From: an uncultured delta proteobacterium
Lineage (GTDB): Bacteria > Myxococcota_A > Polyangia > Polyangiales > Houyiibacteriaceae
Reading direction: 5' to 3'
Length of the DNA stretch: 64,000 nucleotides
Assembly (NCBI GenBank): GCA_963792825.1
Contig: CAWBXS010000005.1
Location: forward strand, 559,056-623,055
The position numbers were made by a program, and so were the translations under genes. Positions 9,152 to 18,421 of this stretch are shown piece by piece (position 1 is the first letter of the stretch; each line of letters starts with the position of its first letter). The notes under the pieces were generated by a model, which searched no databases, was not told where the DNA came from, and was given only the letters and a program-made list of their open reading frames with translations.

Positions 9152-10435
9152 CTAGAGCGCGGCGAACGCCGCCTCGAATGCCCGGCTGGTCTTTTCGAGG
9201 GCCTCGGCATCATGGGCAAGGGACACGAACGCTGCCTCGAATTGGCTGCAAGGCCAGTAGACGCCGTGGTCGATCAGCGCCGCGTGCCACCGCGCAAACG
9301 CCTCGCGGTCGGTGTCGGAGGCTTCGTCCCAATTGCGAACCGGTTTGCCCCGGAAGAAGGCGGTCAGCATCGACCCCACCCGCTGGACCGTGATGGGGAC
9401 GTTGGCTGCACCGGCATGTTGCTCGAGGAGTGCCTGGACCTGATCGCCTTTGTTTTCGAGGTCTTCGTAGACGCCGGGCCGCAGCAGTTGCTCGATCGTC
9501 TCGAGGCCCGCGGCGACCGCGACCGGATTACCGCTGAGCGTACCCGCCTGATACACAGGCCCGACTGGCGCGACTTTCTCCATGATTTCGCGCTTCCCCC
9601 CGTACGCGCCCACTGGGAGCCCGCCTCCGATGATCTTCCCTAGACAGGTGAGATCGGGGCGAATGTCGTAGAGCGCCTGAGCGCCACCCCACGCGACGCG
9701 GAAACCAGTCATGACCTCGTCGCAGACCAGGAGCGCACCATGGTTCTGGGTTTGCGTGCGGAGCGCGGCGAGCCAGACGGGGTCCGGCGGAATGCACCCC
9801 ATGTTGCCCGCAACCGGCTCGAAGATCACCGCGGCGATGTCCTTGCCCCGCTCCCGGAAGATCTTTTCGAGGGCATAGGCATCGTTGTAGGGAACGACCA
9901 GGGTGGTGCCCGCAATCGCGGCGGGAACTCCCGCGCTGTCCGGCTCGCCCAAGGTCGCTAGACCGCTACCCCCTTTGACGAGCAAGTAGTCGGCGCCTCC
10001 GTGATAACCGCCGATGCACTTCACGACCAGATCGCGCCCCGTATGGCCCCTGGCGACGCGAAGCGCGCCCATGGTTGCTTCCGTGCCGCTCGAGACCAAC
10101 CGCGACATCTCCATCGACGGGACCGCGTCGCGAATCCGCTCGGCCATCGTGATCTCCGCCTCGGTGGGAGCACCGAAGCTAGAGCCTTTTTCCGCAGCGC
10201 GCTTGATCGCGGTCACGACGTCCGGATGCGCATGCCCGAGAACCATAGGCCCCCAGGAGCCGATGTAGTCGACGTATTCCGTGCCGTCCGCCCCGACGAG
10301 AATGGGGCCATGCGCGTCCTTGACGAAGATCGGCTCCCCGCCCACCGCACGAAAGGCGCGAACCGGAGAGTTCACACCACCGGGAATGACCTTCGACGCG
10401 CGCGCAAACAGCTCTTTCGAGATGGGGTCGGACAT
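9152..10435 (-). CDS. hemL: Glutamate-1-semialdehyde 2,1-aminomutase
   Basis: Full-length match to the HemL architecture (SKELFARASKVIPGGVNSPVRAF...). Start set at MSDPISKE (10435). The listed start 10507 adds a non-conserved leader that runs into the intergenic repeat. Confidence 0.9.
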   Translation of the reverse strand: MSDPISKELFARASKVIPGGVNSPVRAFRAVGGEPIFVKDAHGPILVGADGTEYVDYIGSWGPMVLGHAHPDVVTAIKRAAEKGSSFGAPTEAEITMAERIRDAVPSMEMSRLVSSGTEATMGALRVARGHTGRDLVVKCIGGYHGGADYLLVKGGSGLATLGEPDSAGVPAAIAGTTLVVPYNDAYALEKIFRERGKDIAAVIFEPVAGNMGCIPPDPVWLAALRTQTQNHGALLVCDEVMTGFRVAWGGAQALYDIRPDLTCLGKIIGGGLPVGAYGGKREIMEKVAPVGPVYQAGTLSGNPVAVAAGLETIEQLLRPGVYEDLENKGDQVQALLEQHAGAANVPITVQRVGSMLTAFFRGKPVRNWDEASDTDREAFARWHAALIDHGVYWPCSQFEAAFVSLAHDAEALEKTSRAFEAAFAAL

Positions 10436-10501
10436 GGGCGGGAGCCTTCCGACCCGCGCACAAGCTGTCAAGCCGATGCCTCCACCGCGCGGCTGCAGCG
10501 A

Positions 10502-10550
10502 CTGCAATCCCGGAGGACGGCTCGCGACGGGCGTGCTCGCTCGCGGGACC
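10502..10550 (+). repeat. Copy A of a GC-rich interspersed repeat (REP/MITE-like)
   Basis: ctgcaatcccggaggacggctcgcgacgggcgtgctcgctcgcgggacc matches the reverse complement of 22713-22761 at about 45 of 49 positions. It lies in the divergent hemL/moxR intergenic region. Confidence 0.7.
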
Positions 10551-10663
10551 TGGGCGCTCGCCCGAGCCCCGGCGCGCTGGCGCTGGCGCTGAATAATTCC
10601 TTCGGCTCACCTGTTGGTGGGGGGAGCGGCTGCATGCTAGCCCCTCGATCCAAAGGAAATTCC

Positions 10664-11677
10664 ATGTCGAACGACGTCCGTGCCATCAACGAAATGGTTC
10701 AGCGCGAGAGCGCTTTCATCGATACGATTCTCCACGAAGTGCACAAGGTCGTGGTCGGTCAGGAGGTGATGATCGAGCGCATCTTGATCGGACTGCTCAC
10801 GGGAGGGCACATCCTGCTCGAGGGTGTCCCGGGCCTCGCCAAGACGCTGACGGTCAACACGATGTGCAAGGCGATTGCCGCCAAGTTCCAGCGCATTCAG
10901 TTCACTCCAGACCTTCTGCCGGCCGACGTCATCGGCACGGTGATCTACAACCAACAAAAGGGTGAGTTCAGCGCGAAAAAGGGCCCGATCTTCGCGAACC
11001 TGGTCCTCGCCGACGAGATCAACCGGGCCCCTGCCAAGGTGCAGAGCGCGCTGCTCGAAGCGATGCAGGAGCTGCAGGTGACGATCGGCGACACGACCCA
11101 CAGGCTCGATGCGCCCTTCATGGTGATGGCAACGCAGAATCCGATTGAACAGGAGGGCACGTACCCGCTCGCCGAAGCCCAGGTCGACCGCTTCATGCTG
11201 CACGTTCGGGTGGATTACCCGAGTCAGGAAGAAGAGCGGAAGATCATGGACCAGATCTCGGACTACCTCTTACTCGGCCGAGACGCGGGCGCAGGCGGGG
11301 GCGTGCAGCAAGTCACGACGACCTCGAAGCTGCTCGATGCGCGCAAGACCATCGGGCACGTCTACATCGACCCGAAGATCAAGGACTACATCGTTCAGAT
11401 CGTGACGGCCACACGGCACCCGGTCCGCGTCGGCCTCGGAGATCTGTCTGACATGATCGCCCACGGGGCCTCACCGCGGGCATCGATCGCGCTGAACGTA
11501 GCCTCTCGCGCGCATGCCTTCATGCGCCACCGCGGATACGTCACTCCAGAAGACATCAAGGCGATCGGCCCCGACGTGCTTCGCCATCGCATCATTCGTT
11601 CCTATGAAGCCGAAGCAGAGGAAATCACCAGCGACCACATCGTACGTCGGATCTTCGAAACCGTGGAAGTTCCATAG
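10664..11677 (+). CDS. moxR: MoxR-family AAA+ ATPase
   Basis: VVGQEVMIERILIGLLTGGHILLEGVPGLAKT (Walker A) and ADEINRAPAKVQSALLEAMQE (Walker B / sensor). ATG at 10664. The listed ORF start 10001 is an in-frame upstream extension across the intergenic region. Confidence 0.92.
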   Translation: MSNDVRAINEMVQRESAFIDTILHEVHKVVVGQEVMIERILIGLLTGGHILLEGVPGLAKTLTVNTMCKAIAAKFQRIQFTPDLLPADVIGTVIYNQQKGEFSAKKGPIFANLVLADEINRAPAKVQSALLEAMQELQVTIGDTTHRLDAPFMVMATQNPIEQEGTYPLAEAQVDRFMLHVRVDYPSQEEERKIMDQISDYLLLGRDAGAGGGVQQVTTTSKLLDARKTIGHVYIDPKIKDYIVQIVTATRHPVRVGLGDLSDMIAHGASPRASIALNVASRAHAFMRHRGYVTPEDIKAIGPDVLRHRIIRSYEAEAEEITSDHIVRRIFETVEVP

Positions 11678-11685
11678 AGGTAATC

Positions 11686-12573
11686 GTGATCTCTCGAGAG
11701 CTCGTCAAGAAACTCAAGAAGATCGAGATATACACGTCGAGGCTGGCGAACGATCAGCTGGCGGGAAGCTACCACTCCGTGTTCAAGGGGCGCGGCATGG
11801 CGTTCAGCGAGGTGCGCCAGTATCAGCCTGGTGACGACGTGCGCTTCATCGACTGGAACGTCAGTGCGCGCATGAATGACACTTACGTGAAAATCTTCAC
11901 CGAGGAACGTGAAATGACGGTGATGCTGCTCGTCGACCTCTCGGCGAGCGAGCGGTTTGGCTCCGTCGAAAAGCCCAAAATCGAAACCGTGGCCGAAGTG
12001 GCCGCTCTGCTCGCATTCAGCGCGATCAAGAACAACGATCGCGTCGGGCTGATCCTGTTCACGGATCGCGTCGAGCGCTTCGTGCCTCCGAAGAAGGGCC
12101 GCTCGCACGTCATGCGAGTCGTCACGGAGATCCTCAATGCCAATCCCGAGGGAGAGGGGACTGACCTGAGGGTCGCGCTGGACCTCCTCGGCGGTGTCGG
12201 CAAGCGCCGGACCGTTGCCTTTCTGATCAGCGATTTCATCGCGGACGGATACGAGAAGCCCCTGAGGGTCGTGTCGGCGAAACACGACCTGATCCCGATC
12301 CAAATCGTCGATCCGCGTGAGGACGAGCTGCCGGACGTCGGGCTGGCGCTGATCGAGGACTTGGAAACTGGAGAGCTCGTCGAGCTGGACACGTCCAATT
12401 TGGACGTGCGGGCAGACTACGCTCGCGAGGCACAGCGTCTACGCGCGGCGCGAGAGCACCTGTTTCGCCGCCTGCAGCTCGATCACGTCATGGTGAGCAC
12501 CGACCGCGACTTCGTTCGCCCGCTGACCGAGCTCTTTCGGCTCCGGCAGCGGCGACTCACGGGCTATCGGTGA
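11686..12573 (+). CDS. DUF58 (vWA-like) protein, MoxR partner
   Basis: Signature GSYHSVFKGRGMAFSEVRQYQPGDDVRFIDWNVSAR, followed by a vWA-like core. It starts 9 nt after moxR. Confidence 0.88.
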   Translation: MISRELVKKLKKIEIYTSRLANDQLAGSYHSVFKGRGMAFSEVRQYQPGDDVRFIDWNVSARMNDTYVKIFTEEREMTVMLLVDLSASERFGSVEKPKIETVAEVAALLAFSAIKNNDRVGLILFTDRVERFVPPKKGRSHVMRVVTEILNANPEGEGTDLRVALDLLGGVGKRRTVAFLISDFIADGYEKPLRVVSAKHDLIPIQIVDPREDELPDVGLALIEDLETGELVELDTSNLDVRADYAREAQRLRAAREHLFRRLQLDHVMVSTDRDFVRPLTELFRLRQRRLTGYR

Positions 12574-13511
12574 ACCGCTTCGTTGCCATCCTCATCGCAT
12601 CACTGTTGTGGACCGCCTCGGGGTCGGGGCAGGAGCGTACGGTCACCCTCGACGCGCCACCCGAAACGAATTTGGGGGATCCGATCGACGCGATCGTGAC
12701 TGTGACGGTGGCCGCGTCGGACGAAGCCGCCGTGCCAGAACAGTCCTTTGGCCCCTTCGAAATCGTAGCCAAGAAGCTCACGGTCGTGCCGTCGCCCGAC
12801 GGCGCGCGAAAGACGTTCACGTTCGAGCTTCAGCTGTTGTGCTTCGACCTCGGTGCTCACGAGCTCGGTCCGATCCACGTGCGCATTACGACCGCCGCAG
12901 GAGAGCTCCTCGACCTCGCGTCGAACACGAGCAGCATCGAGGTTCGCTCCGTGCTTGGCAACGAGCCCGACCCGCAGCTGAAACCGCCTACGGATCCAGT
13001 GGTGGTCGAGCAGGACGACTACAGGCTACTCATCGCCTTGGGTGCACTGATCGCCCTCGCTCTCGGCGCGCTGCTGGCGTGGTTGGCCATGCGATGGTGG
13101 CGGCGGCGCGAACGCCCGGAGGCTACGCCTCCAGCACCCCCACCGCCCTGGGTGACTGCGCTCGCGGAGCTGCAAGCGCTCGAACGCGGCCGGCTCGCTG
13201 CGATCTCGGAGGGGCGCACCGAACAATGGGTGGACGCGGTGAGTGATTCGATCCGCGCCTATCTCGGCCGCCGCTTCGGTTTTCACGGTCTCGAGAGCAC
13301 CACCGACGAGATCGCGCAGGAGCTGCGCAGCGCGCAGTCACTCACCATCGAGCCGCAGGACGCAGTCGAGTTTCTCGGTCAGTGCGACTTGGTGAAGTTC
13401 GCGAAGGCGTCACTCGCCGATGCGGCGTCTTGCTCCCTGATCGAGGAGGCGCTCGGGCTTGTGGACCGAACGCGACCTAGCGCGGTCAGCCCGAACGGAG
13501 GCCCATCGTGA
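12570..13511 (+). CDS. Bat-operon membrane protein (signal peptide, one central TM, DUF4381-like C-terminal half)
   Basis: Occupies the position between the DUF58 gene and batA. Contains TM LLIALGALIALALGALLAWLAM followed by RWWRRRERP. It has 4-nt overlaps with both neighbours. Confidence 0.6.
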   Translation: MNRFVAILIASLLWTASGSGQERTVTLDAPPETNLGDPIDAIVTVTVAASDEAAVPEQSFGPFEIVAKKLTVVPSPDGARKTFTFELQLLCFDLGAHELGPIHVRITTAAGELLDLASNTSSIEVRSVLGNEPDPQLKPPTDPVVVEQDDYRLLIALGALIALALGALLAWLAMRWWRRRERPEATPPAPPPPWVTALAELQALERGRLAAISEGRTEQWVDAVSDSIRAYLGRRFGFHGLESTTDEIAQELRSAQSLTIEPQDAVEFLGQCDLVKFAKASLADAASCSLIEEALGLVDRTRPSAVSPNGGPS

Positions 13512-14620
13512 ATCGAATGCAGCGCCGGGGATGGGCCATCGGCTGGCTCTTACTGGCTCTCTTCGCCGGGTTCGTCTTCAGCCTGCGGTACCTCGAGTCG
13601 AGGTACCAGCTCTTGATCACCGATGAACAGCTTCGGTTCGAACGCCCCTGGGCCGCGCTGTTGCTTCTCGCTGCCCCGATTGCGTGGTTCTCACGGGTTT
13701 TCATACAAAGGATGTCTAGGCCCCGGCTGCAGTTCAGCCGCGGATCGGCGTTGAAAACCTCGAAGGGCAGCTGGAGAGGTCGTCTCACGGATCTGCCCAA
13801 CGCACTGAGGGCCGTTGCGCTCGTTCTGCTTGTAGTCGGCTTGGCAGGACCTCAAAGCATTCATGCCAGAGATACAGCCGAGGTGAGCGGGATCGAGATC
13901 ATCGTCACACTCGACATGTCGCGCTCGATGGAGGCCGCGGACATTCGGCCGACGCGCTTCAATGCGACCAAGGCGGTCGTGAGCGACTTCATCGAGCGCC
14001 GCCCGAATGACCGGATAGGCGCCGTGGTCTTTGGGCTCGACGCCTACACGCTGCTCCCGCTCACGACCGACAGGCAAGCACTGCGAACTGCGATTCGCGG
14101 CCTCGAGCTCGATCAGATCGACGGCCAAGGCACCGCGATCGGAAATGCGGTGGGTGTGAGCCTGAACCGCCTCAAACGGTCCCGAGCGAAGAGCAAGGTG
14201 ATCATCCTCCTCACGGACGGCGAGTCGAATGCCGGCAACGTCTCGCCGTCGCAAGCCGCAGACCTCGCCCGTGCCATGGGCGTCAAGATCTATCCGATCT
14301 TGATGGGTGTCTCCTCTGCGGCGCCGGTTCAGCGAGGCACCGGTCTATTCGGACGAGCGATTTTCGGCACCGCAAACTACCCGGTGAATCCTGAGCTGCT
14401 CCAGGAGATGGCCGAAAAGACGGGCGGCGAGTTTTTCTTGGTCAGTGACCGCGAGGCCCTCGAGCAGAGCTTTCACCAAATTCTCGACCAACTAGAAAAG
14501 ACAGACATCGAAGATGCCGGGCGCATGTATACGGAGCTTTTTCCGGCGTTCGTCGGTCCTGCCCTGGTCTTTCTGTTGATCGAGCTGCTGGCCCTCCTGT
14601 GGTTGAGGAGGTGGCCGTGA
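13508..14620 (+). CDS. batA: vWA-domain membrane protein BatA
   Basis: N-terminal TMs, vWA MIDAS context (IIVTLDMSRSM...ILLTDGESN) and a C-terminal TM. Confidence 0.85.
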   Translation: MNRMQRRGWAIGWLLLALFAGFVFSLRYLESRYQLLITDEQLRFERPWAALLLLAAPIAWFSRVFIQRMSRPRLQFSRGSALKTSKGSWRGRLTDLPNALRAVALVLLVVGLAGPQSIHARDTAEVSGIEIIVTLDMSRSMEAADIRPTRFNATKAVVSDFIERRPNDRIGAVVFGLDAYTLLPLTTDRQALRTAIRGLELDQIDGQGTAIGNAVGVSLNRLKRSRAKSKVIILLTDGESNAGNVSPSQAADLARAMGVKIYPILMGVSSAAPVQRGTGLFGRAIFGTANYPVNPELLQEMAEKTGGEFFLVSDREALEQSFHQILDQLEKTDIEDAGRMYTELFPAFVGPALVFLLIELLALLWLRRWP

Positions 14621-15675
14621 GTTGGGCCGATCCATACGCCCTCTGGCTCTTGGCGGCACTGCCTATCGCGGTGGGTGCGCTCTGGTGGGGCGCAACTAGA
14701 AGGGAACGCGCCACGGAGATGTTCGGCAGGAAAGCAACCGTAGAAACCCTGATCGCGGGAAAGGCGCGGTGGTGGCGGCTCTTGCGGGCCGGGCTAGTCA
14801 TCCTCGGAGCCGCCCTCGTGATCGTCGCCTTCGCCGGGCCACAGTACGGCAGCCGCACACGGGTTCTTCGCAAGCGTGGGATCGACATCGTGATCGCGCT
14901 CGATTTCTCGAAGAGCATGCTCGCTCAGGACGTTCACCCGAGCCGCATCAAGCGTGCGAAAGCCGAGCTCGAACGCCTGTTGAGCGACCTCGATGGGGAT
15001 CGAGTCGGCCTCGTTGCGTTCGCCGGGGACGCTATGGCGTTCCCGATGACCATCGACTACTCGGCGGTGCGTCTGTTCTTGCGCGACCTCGGCCCCATGG
15101 ACATGCCGGTAGGCGGGACGGCCATCGGCAAGGCGCTCATTGCGTCAAAGCGTCTGATCGAGAGCTCCAACGAGGGTCGGGCCGACGACAACGGGGTCGA
15201 TCACCGTGCCAAGGTGGTGCTCTTGTTGACCGACGGCGAAGATCACGAAGGCGATCCCATCGCGGCGGCGGAGGAGCTGAAAGCAGCCGGGATCCGAGTC
15301 TACGCGGTGGGCATCGGCTCTGGAAGCGGCGAGCCGATTCCGAGCTACACTGCCGACGGCACGCTTGCTGGACACATGAAGGACGAGAACGGCCGTCTCG
15401 TGATGACGTCGCTCAGCCCAGAGAACGAAGACATACTCAAACGGATCGCATCGATCACCGGGGGAGAGTACGTGAGGGCTGAAGAAGGCACGGTTGGGGT
15501 GACGGAGATTCGCGCAGAGCTCGCGAAGCTGCAGGCCTCCGAGCAGAAAGCAAGGCGTGTCACCGTTCACGAGAACCGCTTTGCGCTGGCCCTGCTACCA
15601 GGCTTCTTGCTGATCCTTCTCGAGGCGATTCTTCCGGAGGCCTGGATCGTGCGCCGGCGAAGGAGGCGAGCATGA
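14617..15675 (+). CDS. batB: vWA-domain membrane protein BatB
   Basis: vWA core (IVIALDFSKSM...LLLTDGEDHEG). The GTG at 14617 gives a GTGA overlap with the batA stop. An alternative in-frame start exists at 14599. Confidence 0.85.
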   Translation: MSWADPYALWLLAALPIAVGALWWGATRRERATEMFGRKATVETLIAGKARWWRLLRAGLVILGAALVIVAFAGPQYGSRTRVLRKRGIDIVIALDFSKSMLAQDVHPSRIKRAKAELERLLSDLDGDRVGLVAFAGDAMAFPMTIDYSAVRLFLRDLGPMDMPVGGTAIGKALIASKRLIESSNEGRADDNGVDHRAKVVLLLTDGEDHEGDPIAAAEELKAAGIRVYAVGIGSGSGEPIPSYTADGTLAGHMKDENGRLVMTSLSPENEDILKRIASITGGEYVRAEEGTVGVTEIRAELAKLQASEQKARRVTVHENRFALALLPGFLLILLEAILPEAWIVRRRRRRA

Positions 15676-16628
15676 CAAGGGTGTCGTGGTGCTTATTGTG
15701 CGTTGGTGCTCTCTGTTGGCCTGCGGGCGCGTCTGCGTGGAGCCCTCTTCGTTCGGAAAATACCAACGTCAAGAAGGGCAACGATCTGATGGCCCGCAAA
15801 GAGTACGGCCCCGCTCTACAGGCCTACGAAGACGCGGCGCGCGAGATGCCCGATGCGCGCGGCATCCAACTGAACCGTGGTCTGGCTCTGCTCGCTCAGG
15901 ATCTCGGCGAGCCGGCGAAGGAGGCGTTCCTAGCCGCGGCCGACCCCTCGGCGCCGCAGAGCACGCGTGCGGATGCGTACTACGATCTCGGCATCGCTTA
16001 CGCGCGCGAAGGGGACGCCCTCTCGCAGCAGGACGAGCACGAGCAGGCCTCCGCTCATTTTCGTGAGGCCGCCGACGCGTTCAAGCGGGCCCTCCGGGTC
16101 CGACCGGGGGATCGCAATGCGGCATGGAATCTCGAGTACGTGATGGATCGGATTCGCAAAGAGGAGGAGCAGCAACAGCAGCAAGACCAACAGCAGCAAG
16201 ACCAACAGCAGCAAGACCAACAGCAGCAAGACCAGCAGCAGCAAGACCAGCAGCAAGACCAGCAGCAAGACCAACAGCAGCAAGACCAACAGCAGCAAGA
16301 CCAGCAGCAAGACCAGCAGCAAGACCAGCAGCAAGACCAGCAGCAAGACCAGCAGCAAGACCAGCAGCAAGACCAGCAGCAAGACCAGCAGCAAGACCAG
16401 CAGCAAGACCAGCAGCAAGACCAGCAGCAGGAGCGGGGCGAGGAACAGCAGCAAGACCAGGAGCGGCAGAGGCCGAATCAGGCGGAGGGCGAACGAGCGG
16501 AGGAGCCGATGCCGCGAGATGAGGTGCAGCGATTCCTCGATGCGCTCGAGCAGAACGAGGAAAACCTTCCCCTTGAGCAAGCACGTCGCCGCAGCGCCGG
16601 CCGCAGGCCTCCGGAGAAGGATTGGTGA
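15672..16628 (+). CDS. batC: TPR protein BatC with a long Q/D-rich low-complexity tract
   Basis: Signal/TM segment, then TPR-like repeats (ARKEYGPALQAYEDAAREMPD...YYDLGIAYAREGD...), then 19 Q3-5D units. ATGA overlap with batB. Confidence 0.8.
   Translation: MTRVSWCLLCVGALCWPAGASAWSPLRSENTNVKKGNDLMARKEYGPALQAYEDAAREMPDARGIQLNRGLALLAQDLGEPAKEAFLAAADPSAPQSTRADAYYDLGIAYAREGDALSQQDEHEQASAHFREAADAFKRALRVRPGDRNAAWNLEYVMDRIRKEEEQQQQQDQQQQDQQQQDQQQQDQQQQDQQQDQQQDQQQQDQQQQDQQQDQQQDQQQDQQQDQQQDQQQDQQQDQQQDQQQDQQQDQQQERGEEQQQDQERQRPNQAEGERAEEPMPRDEVQRFLDALEQNEENLPLEQARRRSAGRRPPEKDW
16170..16430 (+). repeat. In-frame 12/15-nt tandem repeat (cagcagcaagac / caacagcagcaagac)
   Basis: 87 codons. The last ten 12-nt units (16302-16421) are identical copies of cagcagcaagac. 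Confidence 0.95.
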
Positions 16629-18421
16629 GACGCCTCTTCACGTTGGCCTGTGTCGCGATGGGAATTCTTCCTTGGGCGGCAGGAGCTCAGGCCGGACCCG
16701 AGGTCGAGGTGACCTTGGATGCGGTCCCGACCGAAGTGCGGGTGGGCGACTCGATCCGCCTCGAGGTGCGGGTCCGGGCGCGCGGAGCGCGGATCGAGGG
16801 CCTGGAGCTGGGGGACCTGCAGAAGTACCCCCAACTCGAGATCATCTCGCACCAGACGATGCGGCCGATGCAGTTCAGCTTTGGACTCGGCGCAGGGGTA
16901 CAAATGGAATCGAGCCTCGCAGACATCTACGTCCTGCGTTCGACGGTTCCCGGTACCTACGCGTTCGCGCCTGCCGTCGCTCGAGTCGACGGGAAGACCT
17001 ACACGAGCGGCCCGTTGACGCTCGTCGTGCGGTCGGCCGGTGACGCGAGAGACACGTCCCCATCCGCTCCGACTCCGGACATCATCGAGGATTCGGATTT
17101 GTCGGGCGCTCAGTACGACGCCCAGGTTTTTCTGCGAACGGTCGTAGAACCCAAGGAAGTCTACATCGGTCAACAAGTCGACGTGGCGGTGTATCTGTAT
17201 ACGCAACTTCGTCTTTCACCGCAATCGGTGGTTCCAAGCAAGCCATCGATGGACGGCTTCTGGGTATACGAGGATCCCGTCACGAGCTTGCAGTCTGAGA
17301 CCGTTTCCGTCCGCGGCGCGTACTACCGCGCCTATTTGCTTCAACGCTCGGCCGCTTTCCCTCAGCGTTCGGGCGAGCTCACCATCGGCCCCCCGAAAGT
17401 CAGCTTCGACGTAGGAATGGGAAGCCTTTTCGATGCACCTCAACGAATCGAACGTGTCGGCATACCGATCACGGTCGACGTCAAGCCGCTCCCAAAACCT
17501 GGTCCTTCCGACGCCGTCCTAGGGCGCTACAGTGTCCGCGGCTGGCTGGACCGTGACGCTGCCAACACGGGTGACGCCGTCACCCTGCGGATCGATGCCA
17601 CCGGCACCGGTAACGTGCAGGACCTTCGCATCGACCTGCCGCCCATCGCCGGCGTGCGCACGCTCAAGCCCGTCATCCGGGATCAGCAGCAATTCCAAAA
17701 CCGCAAGCTCTCCGGAACCAGGTCTTGGGAATGGATCTTGATCGCAGAGACTCCAGGAGTACACACGGTCCCGCCGATCGAGCTCAACTTCTTCGACCCT
17801 GAAATCGGGGAGTACGGTGTCGCGGCAACCCCTGCCCTCTCCTTCACTTCGAGCGGCGCAGGCAGGCCATCGCAGCAAGCGATGGAACCGGCCGAGGTCG
17901 CACCGAAATCGAGCGCTGCGACGTTCGGTCCCCTTCGGATGTACAGCGCGTTGAATCGTGGCGAGCCCCCCATGCGTGAACAGCCGTGGTTCCCGTGGGC
18001 TCTCGCATTCCCGCCGCTGCTCTTCGCCTTTGTCATCCTATGGACGAGCATCGCGCGGCGTCGAGAGCAACGCAGCACGACGGCGAGCGCCGTCCAGCGC
18101 AAGCTCATCCGCCGCGCGGAAGGCGCGCTACATGCCAACGACCCGAGATCCTTCTACGACTGCATCGTCGCAGCGATTACCCATGCGCTCGACTCGAAGC
18201 TGGACGAACCGGTCAGCGCACTGCCACATGCCACGCTCCGGACACGACTGGCCGCGGAGGACTTCGACGAGGACCTGATCGAACGAGTGATCAACGAGCT
18301 CGAGGGTGCCGACTTCGCTCGTTTCGCGGCCTCTGGGGTCAAGAAAGAGGAGATGGAACGATGTCTGCAGCGCACTTCTGCCATCGTCGAACGCATCGAG
18401 CGCTCGCGGAGGAAGGTTTGA
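16622..18421 (+). CDS. batD: BatD-family (oxygen tolerance) protein
   Basis: Signal peptide, repeated beta-rich extracytoplasmic domains, a late TM (WFPWALAFPPLLFAFVILW) and a cytoplasmic tail. The start is TTG 16622 or GTG 16625 (GTGA overlap with the batC stop). Confidence 0.8.
   Translation: MVRRLFTLACVAMGILPWAAGAQAGPEVEVTLDAVPTEVRVGDSIRLEVRVRARGARIEGLELGDLQKYPQLEIISHQTMRPMQFSFGLGAGVQMESSLADIYVLRSTVPGTYAFAPAVARVDGKTYTSGPLTLVVRSAGDARDTSPSAPTPDIIEDSDLSGAQYDAQVFLRTVVEPKEVYIGQQVDVAVYLYTQLRLSPQSVVPSKPSMDGFWVYEDPVTSLQSETVSVRGAYYRAYLLQRSAAFPQRSGELTIGPPKVSFDVGMGSLFDAPQRIERVGIPITVDVKPLPKPGPSDAVLGRYSVRGWLDRDAANTGDAVTLRIDATGTGNVQDLRIDLPPIAGVRTLKPVIRDQQQFQNRKLSGTRSWEWILIAETPGVHTVPPIELNFFDPEIGEYGVAATPALSFTSSGAGRPSQQAMEPAEVAPKSSAATFGPLRMYSALNRGEPPMREQPWFPWALAFPPLLFAFVILWTSIARRREQRSTTASAVQRKLIRRAEGALHANDPRSFYDCIVAAITHALDSKLDEPVSALPHATLRTRLAAEDFDEDLIERVINELEGADFARFAASGVKKEEMERCLQRTSAIVERIERSRRKV

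Noticed and set aside
10001-10663. Long N-terminal extensions in the ORF track (10001 for moxR, 17986 for batE, 49280 for gspK, 46631 for gspG, 30484 for the HEAT gene, 52219 for gspM, 57042 for the kinase, 59678 for GH15, 5876, 8912, 38249)
   Set aside because: The extensions overlap upstream genes or cross intergenic repeats and have Arg/Pro-rich non-protein-like composition. Internal starts give family-typical N-termini, SD sequences or 4-nt stop/start coupling.
16170-16430. Possible CRISPR-like array (also considered for 63188-63724 and 6074-6199)
   Set aside because: The units are 12-21 nt, directly abutting with no unique spacers, and lie in frame inside coding sequences. No cas genes are present in the window.
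15930-16641. ORFs encoding poly-(LLLV)n, (GLAA)n and (ARPA)n across the batC repeat
   Set aside because: These are alternative or antisense frames of the CAG/CAA/GAC tandem repeat. Any repeat stays open in several frames. The batC frame is fixed by its flanking TPR and C-terminal sequence and by operon coupling.
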